Shown here piece by piece: positions 29,969 through 39,164 of a DNA stretch of 64,000 nucleotides (position 1 is its first letter; every line of letters begins with the position of its first letter). The notes beneath the pieces were generated by a model, which made no database searches, was not told the DNA's origin, and was given only the letters and a program-made list of their open reading frames with translations. The translations under genes were made by a program, and so were the position numbers. Origin of the DNA: an uncultured Chloroflexia bacterium (lineage in GTDB: Bacteria; Chloroflexota; Limnocylindria; Limnocylindrales; CSP1-4); NCBI GenBank assembly GCA_963819655.1, contig CAWFXA010000001.1, positions 224,001 to 288,000 on the forward strand. The letters are read 5' to 3'.

Positions 29969-30514
29969 CAGCCGTCCTTGTGGAAGACGACCTCGAGGCC
30001 GTCGTACTCGTCCACCTGCACGCCGACCTCGCGGAAGCCGAAACGGGCGAGGACGGCTTGCGACGCGACGTTGTCAGGAGCCGTCGCTGCGCGGAACCGC
30101 GTCACGCCGTGCTCCCGGTTCGCCCAGTCGAGCAGCGCGCGAACGACCTCGGTCGCGACGCCCCTGGCGTCGATGCTCCGGCTCGACGCGATAGCCGATC
30201 TCCACGCGCCCGTCCTCGTCGGGCGGAGCATGAAACCCGATCGAGCCGATGATCCGCCGAACGCCGGCGTCATCGAGCACGATCACCCGCCCGAGCCACG
30301 GCTGGATGTTCGGGTCCGCGGTCAGGTCGGCGATGCGGTACTCCAGGAAGTGCTGGAGGTCCTCCGACATGTCGGCCGGGACCGTCGCGCCGATCGTGGT
30401 CGCAGCATCCTCCGTATCGCCCTCGCGCAGCGCGCGCATGAACCCGAGCGACATCGAGACGAGCTCGAAACGCGGCGTCCGGATCGACGGGACCGCAGTC
30501 ATCTCGGGCATCAT
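29953..30514 (-). pseudogene. RimJ/RimL-type GNAT acetyltransferase with +1 frameshift (pseudogene or sequencing error)
   Basis: N-half ...GRVEIGYRVEPEHRRQG continues as VATEVVRALL...NVASQAVL in another frame; extra base in the CCCC run at 30161-30164. Confidence 0.8.
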
Positions 30515-30597
30515 CCCACCGGCGGATCGAGCTCCGTGAACTCGCAGGGAACGTGATACATTTGCTGAGCACGTTTTCGCGCACGCTCGAGGATCCG

Positions 30598-31677
30598 ATG
30601 GACAGCACCGCTCCGACTCCCCGGTCCCCCGCCACCGCCATTCCCATCCGCGAGCGACTGCTCGCCTGGAAGGAGATCCTCGAGACGGCCAACCCGCCTG
30701 TTGCGCGGCCGCTCGACACGATCGGCAAGTGGCTGGTCATCACCCGCGCCGCCGTCTTCCCGATGACGATCTGGTCAGGATTGATCGGTGGCCTGCTGGC
30801 GGTCGAGGCGAACCGGGTGGCCGGAGGCGCCCCGGTCGACTGGGGCTTGTTCCTCCTCGCGGTCGTCGGTCTGGTCCTGGCCCACGCCGCGAACAACATG
30901 ATCAACGACTACTTCGACACGACCAGCGGGGTCGATACCGAAGGCTACGTCCGGGCGCTCTACGCCCCCCATCCGATCCTGTCGGGCTGGGTGACGAAGC
31001 GCCAGCTCGGCAGCGCGATCGTCATCGTCAACGCGATCGGCGCCGCGATCATGCTCTACCTCGCCGCGATCCGCGGGCCGCTGATCATCGTCTTTGCCCT
31101 CGCCGGGCTGTTCATCTCGGTCTTCTACGTCGCGCCACCGATCCGCCTCAAGCACCACGGTCTCGGCGAGCCGGGCGTGTTCCTCGTCTGGGGGCCGCTG
31201 ATGATCGGCGGCACGTTCCTCGCCGCGACCGGCACGATCCCTGGGTGGGTGCTGCTCGTGTCGGTGCCGTACGCGCTGCTCGTGACGGCCGTGCTGTTCG
31301 GCAAGCACATCGACAAGATCGAGGCCGACACCGCGCTCGGCGTGCGCACGCTGCCCGTCATCCTGGGCGAAGCCCGCGCGAGGGTCGTCGGCCAGTGGCT
31401 GATGATCCTGTTCTACCCGTTGACGATCGCCGCGGTCCTCGCCGGGTGGATCGGGCCGTGGGCGCTGCTGGTGCTGCTCGCCCTGCCGCGACTGCGAGGC
31501 GTGCTCGCGGTCTTCCGCCAGCCGAAGCCGTCCGCCCCACCGCCCGGCTACCCGGATCGTGGCTGGCCGCTGTGGTTCGTGGGCTACGCGTTCGTGCACA
31601 CGCGTCGCGCGGGCGGCCTGCTGACGCTGGGCCTGCTACTCAACGCGCTGCTTCCGCTCCCGCTTCCTTGGCTGTAG
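30598..31677 (+). CDS. menA: UbiA/MenA-family prenyltransferase (DHNA octaprenyltransferase-like)
   Basis: NMINDYFD..GVD, FYVAPP, GLGE, HIDKIEAD...RTLPV. Confidence 0.78.
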   Translation: MDSTAPTPRSPATAIPIRERLLAWKEILETANPPVARPLDTIGKWLVITRAAVFPMTIWSGLIGGLLAVEANRVAGGAPVDWGLFLLAVVGLVLAHAANNMINDYFDTTSGVDTEGYVRALYAPHPILSGWVTKRQLGSAIVIVNAIGAAIMLYLAAIRGPLIIVFALAGLFISVFYVAPPIRLKHHGLGEPGVFLVWGPLMIGGTFLAATGTIPGWVLLVSVPYALLVTAVLFGKHIDKIEADTALGVRTLPVILGEARARVVGQWLMILFYPLTIAAVLAGWIGPWALLVLLALPRLRGVLAVFRQPKPSAPPPGYPDRGWPLWFVGYAFVHTRRAGGLLTLGLLLNALLPLPLPWL

Positions 31678-31717
31678 CCGGGCCGCGGACGCGACCGCGC
31701 CAAAGATGCGGCCGGTC

Positions 31718-33157
31718 CTACCCCCCGACCGGAGGGTGGTGCGCCAGGTACTCGAGCAGATCGAGCTTCGTCACGACGCCGATCGGGCGGTCGCCCCGCA
31801 CCACGACGAGCGCTGACGAGGCCCCGCTCAACTCGGCGAACGCCTGATCGAGGCTGGCCGACGCCTCCACCAGCGGCAACGGCGAGTCCATCACCTCGCC
31901 CACCGTGCGGTCGACGACCGACGGATCCCGATACGCCCGATCCAGCAGGCCCTTCTCGCTTATCGATCCGACCAGACCCGACACCTCATCGCCCTCGGGC
32001 CGCTCCGAGACCGGCAGCTGGCTGATGCCGAACGCCTGCAACGTCGCGATCGCATCGCCGACGCGCTCCGTCGTCCGCGCGACGATGACCGGCGGGCGAT
32101 CGGTGACGTGATGGCGGTCGGCCAGGAGCGTGTCGATGCGGGTCGCCGACCCGGTCGTCGGCAGTAGGCCGTTGTTGCGCATCCACTCGTCGTTGTACAG
32201 CTTGGACAGATAGCTGCGGCCGCTGTCGGGCAACAGCACCACGACCACTGCCTCGTCGCCGCCGTCGGTCGCCGTCAGCTCGCGGACGACCTCGCGGGCA
32301 GCGACCATCGCTGTCCCGCACGAGCCGCCCGACAGGATGCCCTCCTCGCGGGTGAGCCGGCGGGCCATCGCGAACGCGTCGCGGTCGCTGACCCGCACCC
32401 AGCGATCTATCACCGACGGGTCATACGTCCCCGGAAAGAAGTCCTCGCCGACGCCCTCGGTCAGGTACGGCCGCGCGGTGTCCCCGGACAGCACCGACCC
32501 TTCCGGATCCGCGCCGATCACCTGGATGGCCGGGTTGTGCGCCTTGAGCACGCGAGCGGCGCCGGAGATCGTGCCGCCGGTCCCGACGCTCGCCACGAAA
32601 TGCGTGATCCGGCCCTCTGTCCCCTCCCACAGCTCAGGCCCCGTCGTCCGCTCATGGGCCGCCGGGTTCTCCATATTCCAGTACTGATCGGGCTTGAACG
32701 CGCCCGGGATGTCGCGCGCCAGCCGCGCCGCCACGCTGTAATACGAGGCCGGCGACTCCGGCGCGACGTTCGTGGGGCACAGGACGACTTCCGCGCCATA
32801 CGCGCGCAGCAAGGCCTGCTTCTCGACCGACTGCTTGTCGGCCATCACGAAGATGCAGCGATAGCCCTTGAGGGCGGCGGCGATGGCCAGTCCGTGGCCG
32901 GTGTTGCCGCTCGTCGGCTCGATGATCGTGCCGCCAGGCTTGAGCAGGCCTTCGCGCTCGGCCGCCTCGATCATCGGCAGCCCGATGCGGTCCTTCACCG
33001 ACCCACCCGGGTTGAGCATCTCCATCTTGGCCAGCAGCAGCGGTTGTCGATCGACGGGGCCGATGTCGCGGGTCACCCGACTGATCCGGACCAACGGCGT
33101 GTCGCCGACGAGGTCGAGGACGGACTCGACGTAGCGCATCGCCGGGGAGTATGTCAC
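31718..33157 (-). CDS. cbs: Cystathionine beta-synthase (PLP domain + CBS pair)
   Basis: NPGGSVKDR, EPTSGNTG, GTGGTISG, EGVGEDF, LPDSGRSYLSK; C-terminal CBS domains. Confidence 0.92.
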   Translation of the reverse strand: MTYSPAMRYVESVLDLVGDTPLVRISRVTRDIGPVDRQPLLLAKMEMLNPGGSVKDRIGLPMIEAAEREGLLKPGGTIIEPTSGNTGHGLAIAAALKGYRCIFVMADKQSVEKQALLRAYGAEVVLCPTNVAPESPASYYSVAARLARDIPGAFKPDQYWNMENPAAHERTTGPELWEGTEGRITHFVASVGTGGTISGAARVLKAHNPAIQVIGADPEGSVLSGDTARPYLTEGVGEDFFPGTYDPSVIDRWVRVSDRDAFAMARRLTREEGILSGGSCGTAMVAAREVVRELTATDGGDEAVVVVLLPDSGRSYLSKLYNDEWMRNNGLLPTTGSATRIDTLLADRHHVTDRPPVIVARTTERVGDAIATLQAFGISQLPVSERPEGDEVSGLVGSISEKGLLDRAYRDPSVVDRTVGEVMDSPLPLVEASASLDQAFAELSGASSALVVVRGDRPIGVVTKLDLLEYLAHHPPVGG

Positions 33158-33176
33158 GCGGCCGCGGCGCTCCGTC

Positions 33177-34100
33177 CTAGTCGCGGTCGAGGCGTCCGGG
33201 CCGGAGCAGCAGCCAGGTCAGACGACGCCGCAACCGGCGCGGATGGTCGGGCGGGTCGATCGTCGACGCGTGAAGCTCCTCGACGACCGGGCCGAGCCGA
33301 GCGGCAAGGCGATCGGTCATGAGGCGCGCCAGGGCGAGCTCCTCGCGCGAGCCGGCCGCAGGCAGCGAGGCATCGGGCGGGAGCCCGGCCAGCTCGCGGA
33401 CCGTGGTCACCGGCAGGATGCGCGACGCCATCCGCCGGCCGAGGTAGAGCTCCTCGGTGCCGGCCATCGCGAGCGGCAGGATCGCGGCCTCCGTACGTTG
33501 CGCGATGATCGCCCAGCCGTGGCGCATCGGGCCGAGGCGGCCCGGCGGTCCGCTGACGGTGCCCTCCGGCATCTGAACGAAGACTGCGCCGTTCGCGACC
33601 ACAGCCCGCGCCGAGGCGACGTGACCGTCGATGCCGACCCCGCCGCGCCACACCGGCAGCAAGCCGCCGATGCGCTTCGCGAACCACTCGCGCCACGGCG
33701 CCGTGAATGTCGACGGTCCACTCCCGAGGATCCAGCTGCGTGGCTCGACCGGCAGCGCGTGCATCACCACGAACGGGTCCATCCAGCCTCGATGGGCGCC
33801 TGCCACCAGTAGATAGCCACCGGCCGGCACGTGCTCCTGGCCCGATGTCGCGATCCGGAACCGAAAGACCCCGAAGAGCAGGAAGCGAACGAGGCCCCGC
33901 ACCGCTCGATAGAGCAGCGACGCCTTTGCCTCCGGCGTCCGGCCGAGCCACGCGAGGCCCTCGAGCGCTCCGCCGCGCGCGGCGGCCATGGCCTCGGGAG
34001 CGATGCGTGCCGGCGGCGGTCGGCGCCGACGGGCCGACCGCTCCGCGGATTCGGCAGGCTCCGCGGCCGGGCTCCCGGTCGGCGCGACCGGGTCGGTCAT
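33177..34100 (-). CDS. Lysophospholipid acyltransferase (PlsC family)
   Basis: HxxxxD motif AHRGWMDP and MPEGT. Confidence 0.85.
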   Translation of the reverse strand: MTDPVAPTGSPAAEPAESAERSARRRRPPPARIAPEAMAAARGGALEGLAWLGRTPEAKASLLYRAVRGLVRFLLFGVFRFRIATSGQEHVPAGGYLLVAGAHRGWMDPFVVMHALPVEPRSWILGSGPSTFTAPWREWFAKRIGGLLPVWRGGVGIDGHVASARAVVANGAVFVQMPEGTVSGPPGRLGPMRHGWAIIAQRTEAAILPLAMAGTEELYLGRRMASRILPVTTVRELAGLPPDASLPAAGSREELALARLMTDRLAARLGPVVEELHASTIDPPDHPRRLRRRLTWLLLRPGRLDRD

Positions 34101-35152
34101 CCGGTCGGGTCGTCCGGCGGTCTCGGCGGCCGGTCGTCCGCCGGCTCGGGCGACTCGGCCTCGTCGATGTCCTCGACGTCCTCGTCGATGTCGTCGTCAT
34201 CGATGTCATCGATCTCGTCATCGTCGTCATCGATGTCGCTGCCCGGTGGCGGCAGGTTGGCCCACGGCTCGTCGATCGGACGCATCATCCAGGCGGCGCC
34301 GAGCGCACCCCAGGTCGCGCCCTGTGGATTGGTCGCGGGCCGGTCGGACCGGCGTGTGCTGCGGTGCCGGACGACCAGGCCGACGACCCCGATGGCGATC
34401 ACGGTGAAGGACACGATCTGCGCGACCGGGATGCCGAAGAACGTCCAGTTGTCCTCGCGCAGGTTCTCCAGCACGAACCGCGTGACGCCGTACCAGACGA
34501 GGAAGACGAGGAACAGGTCGCCCGGCCGCAGCCGATCACGGAAGCGGAACCCCAGCCAGATCAGGAAGACCGCTCCGATGATCCCGGAGATCGACTCGTA
34601 CAGGAACAGCGGGTGGAAGCGCGTCGTCGCTTCGGGGAAGCTCGCGCACGAATACACATCCTGGAGCCGGTGCGCGCAGTCGATCGGGATGCCCCACGGC
34701 AGGTTCGTCGGCGGTCCGTACAGCTCCTGGTTGAAGTAGTTGCCCCAGCGCCCGATCGCCTGCATCACGAACAAGGCTGGCGCGATGATGTCTGCCCAGC
34801 GCGCGAACGGCACCCCCCGCCGGCGCGCGTACCACCAGGCAGCCAAGGTCCCTGTGGCGATCCCGCCGTAGACACCGAGCCCCGAATACGGCGGCAGGAC
34901 GATCTTGAGCGGGTCGTCCGCGTAGAGCTGCCACTGGTCGATGACGTGATACAGCCGGCCGCCGATGAGCGCGGCCACGGCGACGATGATGATGCCGTTG
35001 CCGACGACATCGGGATCCTCCCCGGCCAGCCGCGCAAGCCGGACGAGCAGCACGTACGCGACGGCAAGCCCGATGGCATAGCACAGCCCGTACCAGCCGA
35101 TGCTCAGCGGGCCGACCTGGAAGGCGATGGGATCCGGGGGGACGTCGAACAT
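34097..35152 (-). CDS. lgt: Prolipoprotein diacylglyceryl transferase
   Basis: WYG, GGRLYHV, GRWGNYFNQELYG, HPLFLYES, RFVLENLRED; long acidic tail. Confidence 0.92.
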   Translation of the reverse strand: MFDVPPDPIAFQVGPLSIGWYGLCYAIGLAVAYVLLVRLARLAGEDPDVVGNGIIIVAVAALIGGRLYHVIDQWQLYADDPLKIVLPPYSGLGVYGGIATGTLAAWWYARRRGVPFARWADIIAPALFVMQAIGRWGNYFNQELYGPPTNLPWGIPIDCAHRLQDVYSCASFPEATTRFHPLFLYESISGIIGAVFLIWLGFRFRDRLRPGDLFLVFLVWYGVTRFVLENLREDNWTFFGIPVAQIVSFTVIAIGVVGLVVRHRSTRRSDRPATNPQGATWGALGAAWMMRPIDEPWANLPPPGSDIDDDDDEIDDIDDDDIDEDVEDIDEAESPEPADDRPPRPPDDPTG

Positions 35153-35211
35153 ACGCGGGAGTGTATGGCCGTCGCGGCCGGTGCGGAGGTCCGTCCCTAT
35201 ACTTCGCGGCG

Positions 35212-35583
35212 GTGATCGCCGAGTTCAACTGGTGGCTGCTCATCGTCGGGCTCGTCGTGGGAGCCGGGCTGGTGTGGTTCGTTCTCATGGACAGCCGGCG
35301 GCGCGATGTCGACATCGACGAGCGGGAGCGGCCGCGCGAGGCGCTGTGGCTGTCGCGGACGCTGGCGGACGAGGGTCACCAGGTCAGCCCGGAGGCCGCC
35401 GACCGCCTGCTCCTCCTCCACCGGTCCTACCTCGAGGCGCCGCCGCCCGATGACCCACCGACGGATGACGCCCCGGCCCATGACCCCCCGGCTGCGACGG
35501 AGGCGTCCCCAGGAGAGCCCTCAGAGCTCGCCGCGGATGACCGGATCGGCCTCGAGCGTCGGGTTCGCGACGTCGGCGAGTGA
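35212..35583 (+). CDS. Small membrane-anchored hypothetical protein
   Basis: MIAEFNWWLLIVGLVVGAGLVWFVL..RRRDVDI; 3' end overlaps the convergent anti-sigma gene. Confidence 0.6.
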   Translation: MIAEFNWWLLIVGLVVGAGLVWFVLMDSRRRDVDIDERERPREALWLSRTLADEGHQVSPEAADRLLLLHRSYLEAPPPDDPPTDDAPAHDPPAATEASPGEPSELAADDRIGLERRVRDVGE

Positions 35584-36354
35584 GACACCGAAGTCGGTGC
35601 CGTCAGGCAGGTCGCTGACCGCTGGCGTATCGCCGACCCAGAACGCCAGGTCCCCCGCGAAGAACATCTTCCCGACGTCCTCGCGTTTGCCGTCGACCTC
35701 CACCCAGCAGCGGTACTCCTTGCCGCTCGGGGGCCGCTCGAGATCGGTGGCGACGACGACGAGCTCCGTGGTCGACGGGGAGAACAGCAACGTCCCCGCG
35801 GTGCCGGCACCGCCCGTCGCGGCAAGGTCGACGCGACGCGCCGCCGTGTCCCTGCCGATCTCGAGCGTGGCCCGGTTGACCGCCTCGAGGGCGGCCACGG
35901 CCGACGCCTGACGCTCGGCGTCGTTGCGTGCGTCGAGCGCGGCGATCGATCCCGCGGCGATGGCGATGGCGGCTGCGGCCGCGACGACCCAGCGCAGGAT
36001 CCCCGCCGGGCGACGCGTGACGGGGACGGCGCTGGTCGGCGTCGTCGCCATGGACGGTGCGCTGCTCGCGGCTGCCGTAGCGAGGTCCTCCCGCGGGCCG
36101 CGCACCCGCCCATGCGCCCTCACGTACGCGAGCGTGCGCTCACGCAGGTCCGCCGGCGGCGTCGTCCTGACGAGATCGCGGACAAGAGGCACCGCATTCG
36201 AGAGCCGTCGCAGCTCCTCGGCGCAGGCGGCGCAGCCCGCCACGTGACCGACGACCGCGGCCGCCATCGCCGTATCGCCGGCCATCAGCCGCTCGAGCCC
36301 GCCGGCCTCGATGGCCGCCAGCTCCATCTGTTCGAGAACGTCCTCGTGGTCCAT
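35521..36354 (-). CDS. Anti-sigma factor, ZAS + TM + RskA-like C-terminal domain
   Basis: HVAGCAAC zinc motif, PPADLRER, TM segment, GKEYRCW. Confidence 0.85.
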   Translation of the reverse strand: MDHEDVLEQMELAAIEAGGLERLMAGDTAMAAAVVGHVAGCAACAEELRRLSNAVPLVRDLVRTTPPADLRERTLAYVRAHGRVRGPREDLATAAASSAPSMATTPTSAVPVTRRPAGILRWVVAAAAAIAIAAGSIAALDARNDAERQASAVAALEAVNRATLEIGRDTAARRVDLAATGGAGTAGTLLFSPSTTELVVVATDLERPPSGKEYRCWVEVDGKREDVGKMFFAGDLAFWVGDTPAVSDLPDGTDFGVSLADVANPTLEADPVIRGEL

Positions 36355-36371
36355 CGGTCTCCGCGTGACGG

Positions 36372-37124
36372 TCAGTGGTCCGGCCCGGCAAGCTCGGCCG
36401 GTGCCAGGTAGCGCGTGAATTCCGGACCGACGCCGCTGCCGAGCACCTCGCGGAGGTGACGCAGCGCCCGTCGCGTCCGGGTCTTGACTGTGCCGAGCGG
36501 CCACCCGAGGCGATCGGCGATCTCGGTCTGGGACAGGTCCTCGGCGTAGGCCATCACGATCACGATGCGCTCCACCTCGGGCATCGCCGCTAACGCCAGC
36601 TGGAGAGCGGTCCGCAGCTCGCGCAGGGCGAGCTCCCGCTCGGGCGACGGCGGCGGGACCGCCCCGGCGACCAGCAAGCCACCGGCCAGCACCCGTTCGA
36701 GCGTGTCGGCGTCGGCCTCGGTCGCACCGCCGAACGCGCTCCCACTCGACGCCGCCGACGACAGCGGCACGAGATTGGGCCGCCGGCCGGCTGCACGCAG
36801 CCGATCGACGGTCCTGTTGCGCGCGATCGTGTGGAGCCATGCTGGCAACGATCCCAGTGTCGGGTCATATGTCTCGGCACGGTTCCACAACGCCAGGAAG
36901 GTCTCCTGCACGACTTCCTCGGCCATCCCTCTATCCGACGTCAGGCGGCTGGCCGATGCGAAGACCGCGTCGGCATGCCTGTCATAGAGCGCCGCCAGGG
37001 CATCGTGCGAACCCTCCGCGACCGCCCGGACAAGGGCCGCGTCGGTGCTCGACCCCGGGTCGGCGCCCGTCATCGGATACGCCTGGCGCACGTCGCGCGG
37101 TTTCGCGGGGTCCGTGTCGGCCAT
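36372..37124 (-). CDS. ECF sigma-70 factor (SigK-like)
   Basis: AEEVVQETFLALW, WLHTIARNRTVDRLR, QTEIADRLGWPLGTVKTR. Start could alternatively be 37073. Confidence 0.9.
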   Translation of the reverse strand: MADTDPAKPRDVRQAYPMTGADPGSSTDAALVRAVAEGSHDALAALYDRHADAVFASASRLTSDRGMAEEVVQETFLALWNRAETYDPTLGSLPAWLHTIARNRTVDRLRAAGRRPNLVPLSSAASSGSAFGGATEADADTLERVLAGGLLVAGAVPPPSPERELALRELRTALQLALAAMPEVERIVIVMAYAEDLSQTEIADRLGWPLGTVKTRTRRALRHLREVLGSGVGPEFTRYLAPAELAGPDH

Positions 37125-37128
37125 CGGG

Positions 37129-37443
37129 CTACCAGGTCCCGGCAGCACGATGACTGGGCGCCGCGAGCGATCCGGCCGCCAGATGTGCTTCGAGGCAGGT
37201 CACGCCGCTGGCACCCACGACCGCATCGTGGGCGGTGCCGGCCGGCAATTCGAGTCGGTCACCGGCCTCGAGGTCGACCGGGCCATCGGTCAGGCCGAAG
37301 CGGATCGAGCCGGCGGCGACGACGATGACCTTGTCGTAGCCGTGGTCGTGGGATCCGTAGCGGTCGCCGGGTCCATTCGACCACGCGCCGGGGTCGAGCC
37401 CTTCTGCGATGAGACGCGCCCGGACGACGCTGGAGTCGGACAT
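37129..37443 (-). CDS. Cupin domain protein
   Basis: YGSHDHGYDK...GDRLELPAGTAH. Confidence 0.85.
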   Translation of the reverse strand: MSDSSVVRARLIAEGLDPGAWSNGPGDRYGSHDHGYDKVIVVAAGSIRFGLTDGPVDLEAGDRLELPAGTAHDAVVGASGVTCLEAHLAAGSLAAPSHRAAGTW

Positions 37444-37515
37444 GGCCGACGCATGGTACCCGCGGACGCGCAGCGGTGGTGTCGGCGCAGACGCGGTCGC
37501 CTAGACTCCGTTCCC

Positions 37516-38548
37516 ATGCGCTCGCCGCTCCGCTACCTCGCCGCGGACGACGTCGTCGTCGCGATGCCGTCGGTCGCCGATCGGCTCGACCTTGCCGAAC
37601 GGACGATGACCGCGTTGGTGGCCGATGCGGAGCTGCCGCCCAAGATCGGGGTACATCCACGTCCCCCGGGCTCCTTCGCGCACGCGATGCCGGCGGCGCT
37701 GCGATCCGTGGCCACGTCCGATGCGCGCGGACGACCTGCTCGGCATCAAGTGGGTCACGGGCTTCCCGGAGAACCGCGCGCTCGGGCTGCCCGCGATCCA
37801 CGCGATCGTCGTCCTGAGTGACCCGGCGACCGGCGAGCCCCGTGCGCTCCTCGATGGTGGGCCGATCACCGCCGAACGCACGGCGGCGGTTTCGGCCGTC
37901 GCGATCGCCCGTTTCGGGCCTCGTGCGGCCGCGACGATGGGAGCGGACGATCACCTCCCGCGCGCCACCATCATCGGCGCGGGTGTGCAGGGACGGAGCC
38001 ACCTTGCGATCCTCGGCTACACGTTGCCGGGCGTCGCCGTGACCATCGTCGATCGTCATCCCGAGCGGGCGGAGGCGCTCGCCGAGATCGCCCGTGCCAC
38101 GGCCGGTATCGGCTCGGCGACGGCGGTGGCCACCCCGGGCGACGACCCACGAGCCGCCACCAAGGATGCCGACGTCGTGATCACAGCGGCGACCTTCGCC
38201 GACCCGGCGCACCGGCAGGTCATGGACGGGTCGTGGCTCGGTCCCGACGCGCTCGTCGTCCCTGTCGACTACGCCACGATGTGCGCGGCGTCCGTCGCGC
38301 GCGACGCGGCGCTGTTCCTCGTCGACGACCGGGGTCAGTTCCTGGCGAACCGCGACGCCGGCCAGTTCGACGACTACCCCGACCCGACCGCCACGATCGG
38401 CGAGGCGATCCTCGCTGGCACGACCCGTCCGCCGAGCGGTCGCGTCGTGGTCACCCACCTCGGAGTCGGCCTCGCCGATGTCCTGTTCGCGGACGCGATC
38501 GTCCGGCGAGCGGAGGAGCTCGGTCTGGGCACGATGCTCCCGCGCTGA
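37516..38548 (+). pseudogene. Ornithine cyclodeaminase/mu-crystallin family protein with frameshift near 37715-37730
   Basis: MRSPLRYLAADDV...PPKIGVHPR...HAMPA in one frame; GIKWVTGFPEN...ITAERTAAVS...GAGVQG...GVGLAD in the next. Confidence 0.8.
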
Positions 38549-38567
38549 CGCGCGACGGAACGGGCTG

Positions 38568-39164
38568 TTAGACCCTGTCCGTGGCCGGATCCGGCAGGGC
38601 GAGCGGCGCGAGAGCCGGCTCGTCGGCGCCGCTGATCGTCGCCAGCCGAGTGTAGGCGCCGTCGTGGTACAGCAACGGCGCCGGGTTCAGCGGGTTCAGC
38701 CAGATCGCCCGGACGCGGCCCACGACGACCGTGTGGGTGTACGCATCGAGCGCCGAATCGATCGTGCAGACAAGATGCGCCATCGCGCCCGTCAGGCGGG
38801 GCGGGTCACCGGCCGGGACCTCCGGGGCGAGCCACCGCTCGTCGAGGCGCTTGTCGGCACCCGGTCGCGAGCAGTGCTGGCTGATGCGCCGCTGGCTCGC
38901 CGCCAGCATGTCGATCCCGAAGGTCCGTACGTGCATGACCTCCTCGTGCGTCCGCGTCGCTCGGTCGATGCACACGATGAGCGACGGCGGGTCGGCGGAT
39001 AGCGCGGTCATCGCGGTCGCCGTCATGCCACGCGGTGCGCCGGTCATATCGATGTAGGTCACGACGACCACCGACGCCGGATGGCGACGGAAGGCCTGGC
39101 GGAAGGCGGCGCGATCGACCGACAGCTGGTCGTCCGGCAACGGGAGGGGCTCGAGCAGGGCCAT
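38568..39164 (-). CDS. Flavin reductase-like protein (HpaC/RutF family)
   Basis: FRQAFRRHPASVVVVT, GMTATA, LSADPP, HTVVVGRV, PLLYHDGAY. Confidence 0.9.
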   Translation of the reverse strand: MALLEPLPLPDDQLSVDRAAFRQAFRRHPASVVVVTYIDMTGAPRGMTATAMTALSADPPSLIVCIDRATRTHEEVMHVRTFGIDMLAASQRRISQHCSRPGADKRLDERWLAPEVPAGDPPRLTGAMAHLVCTIDSALDAYTHTVVVGRVRAIWLNPLNPAPLLYHDGAYTRLATISGADEPALAPLALPDPATDRV

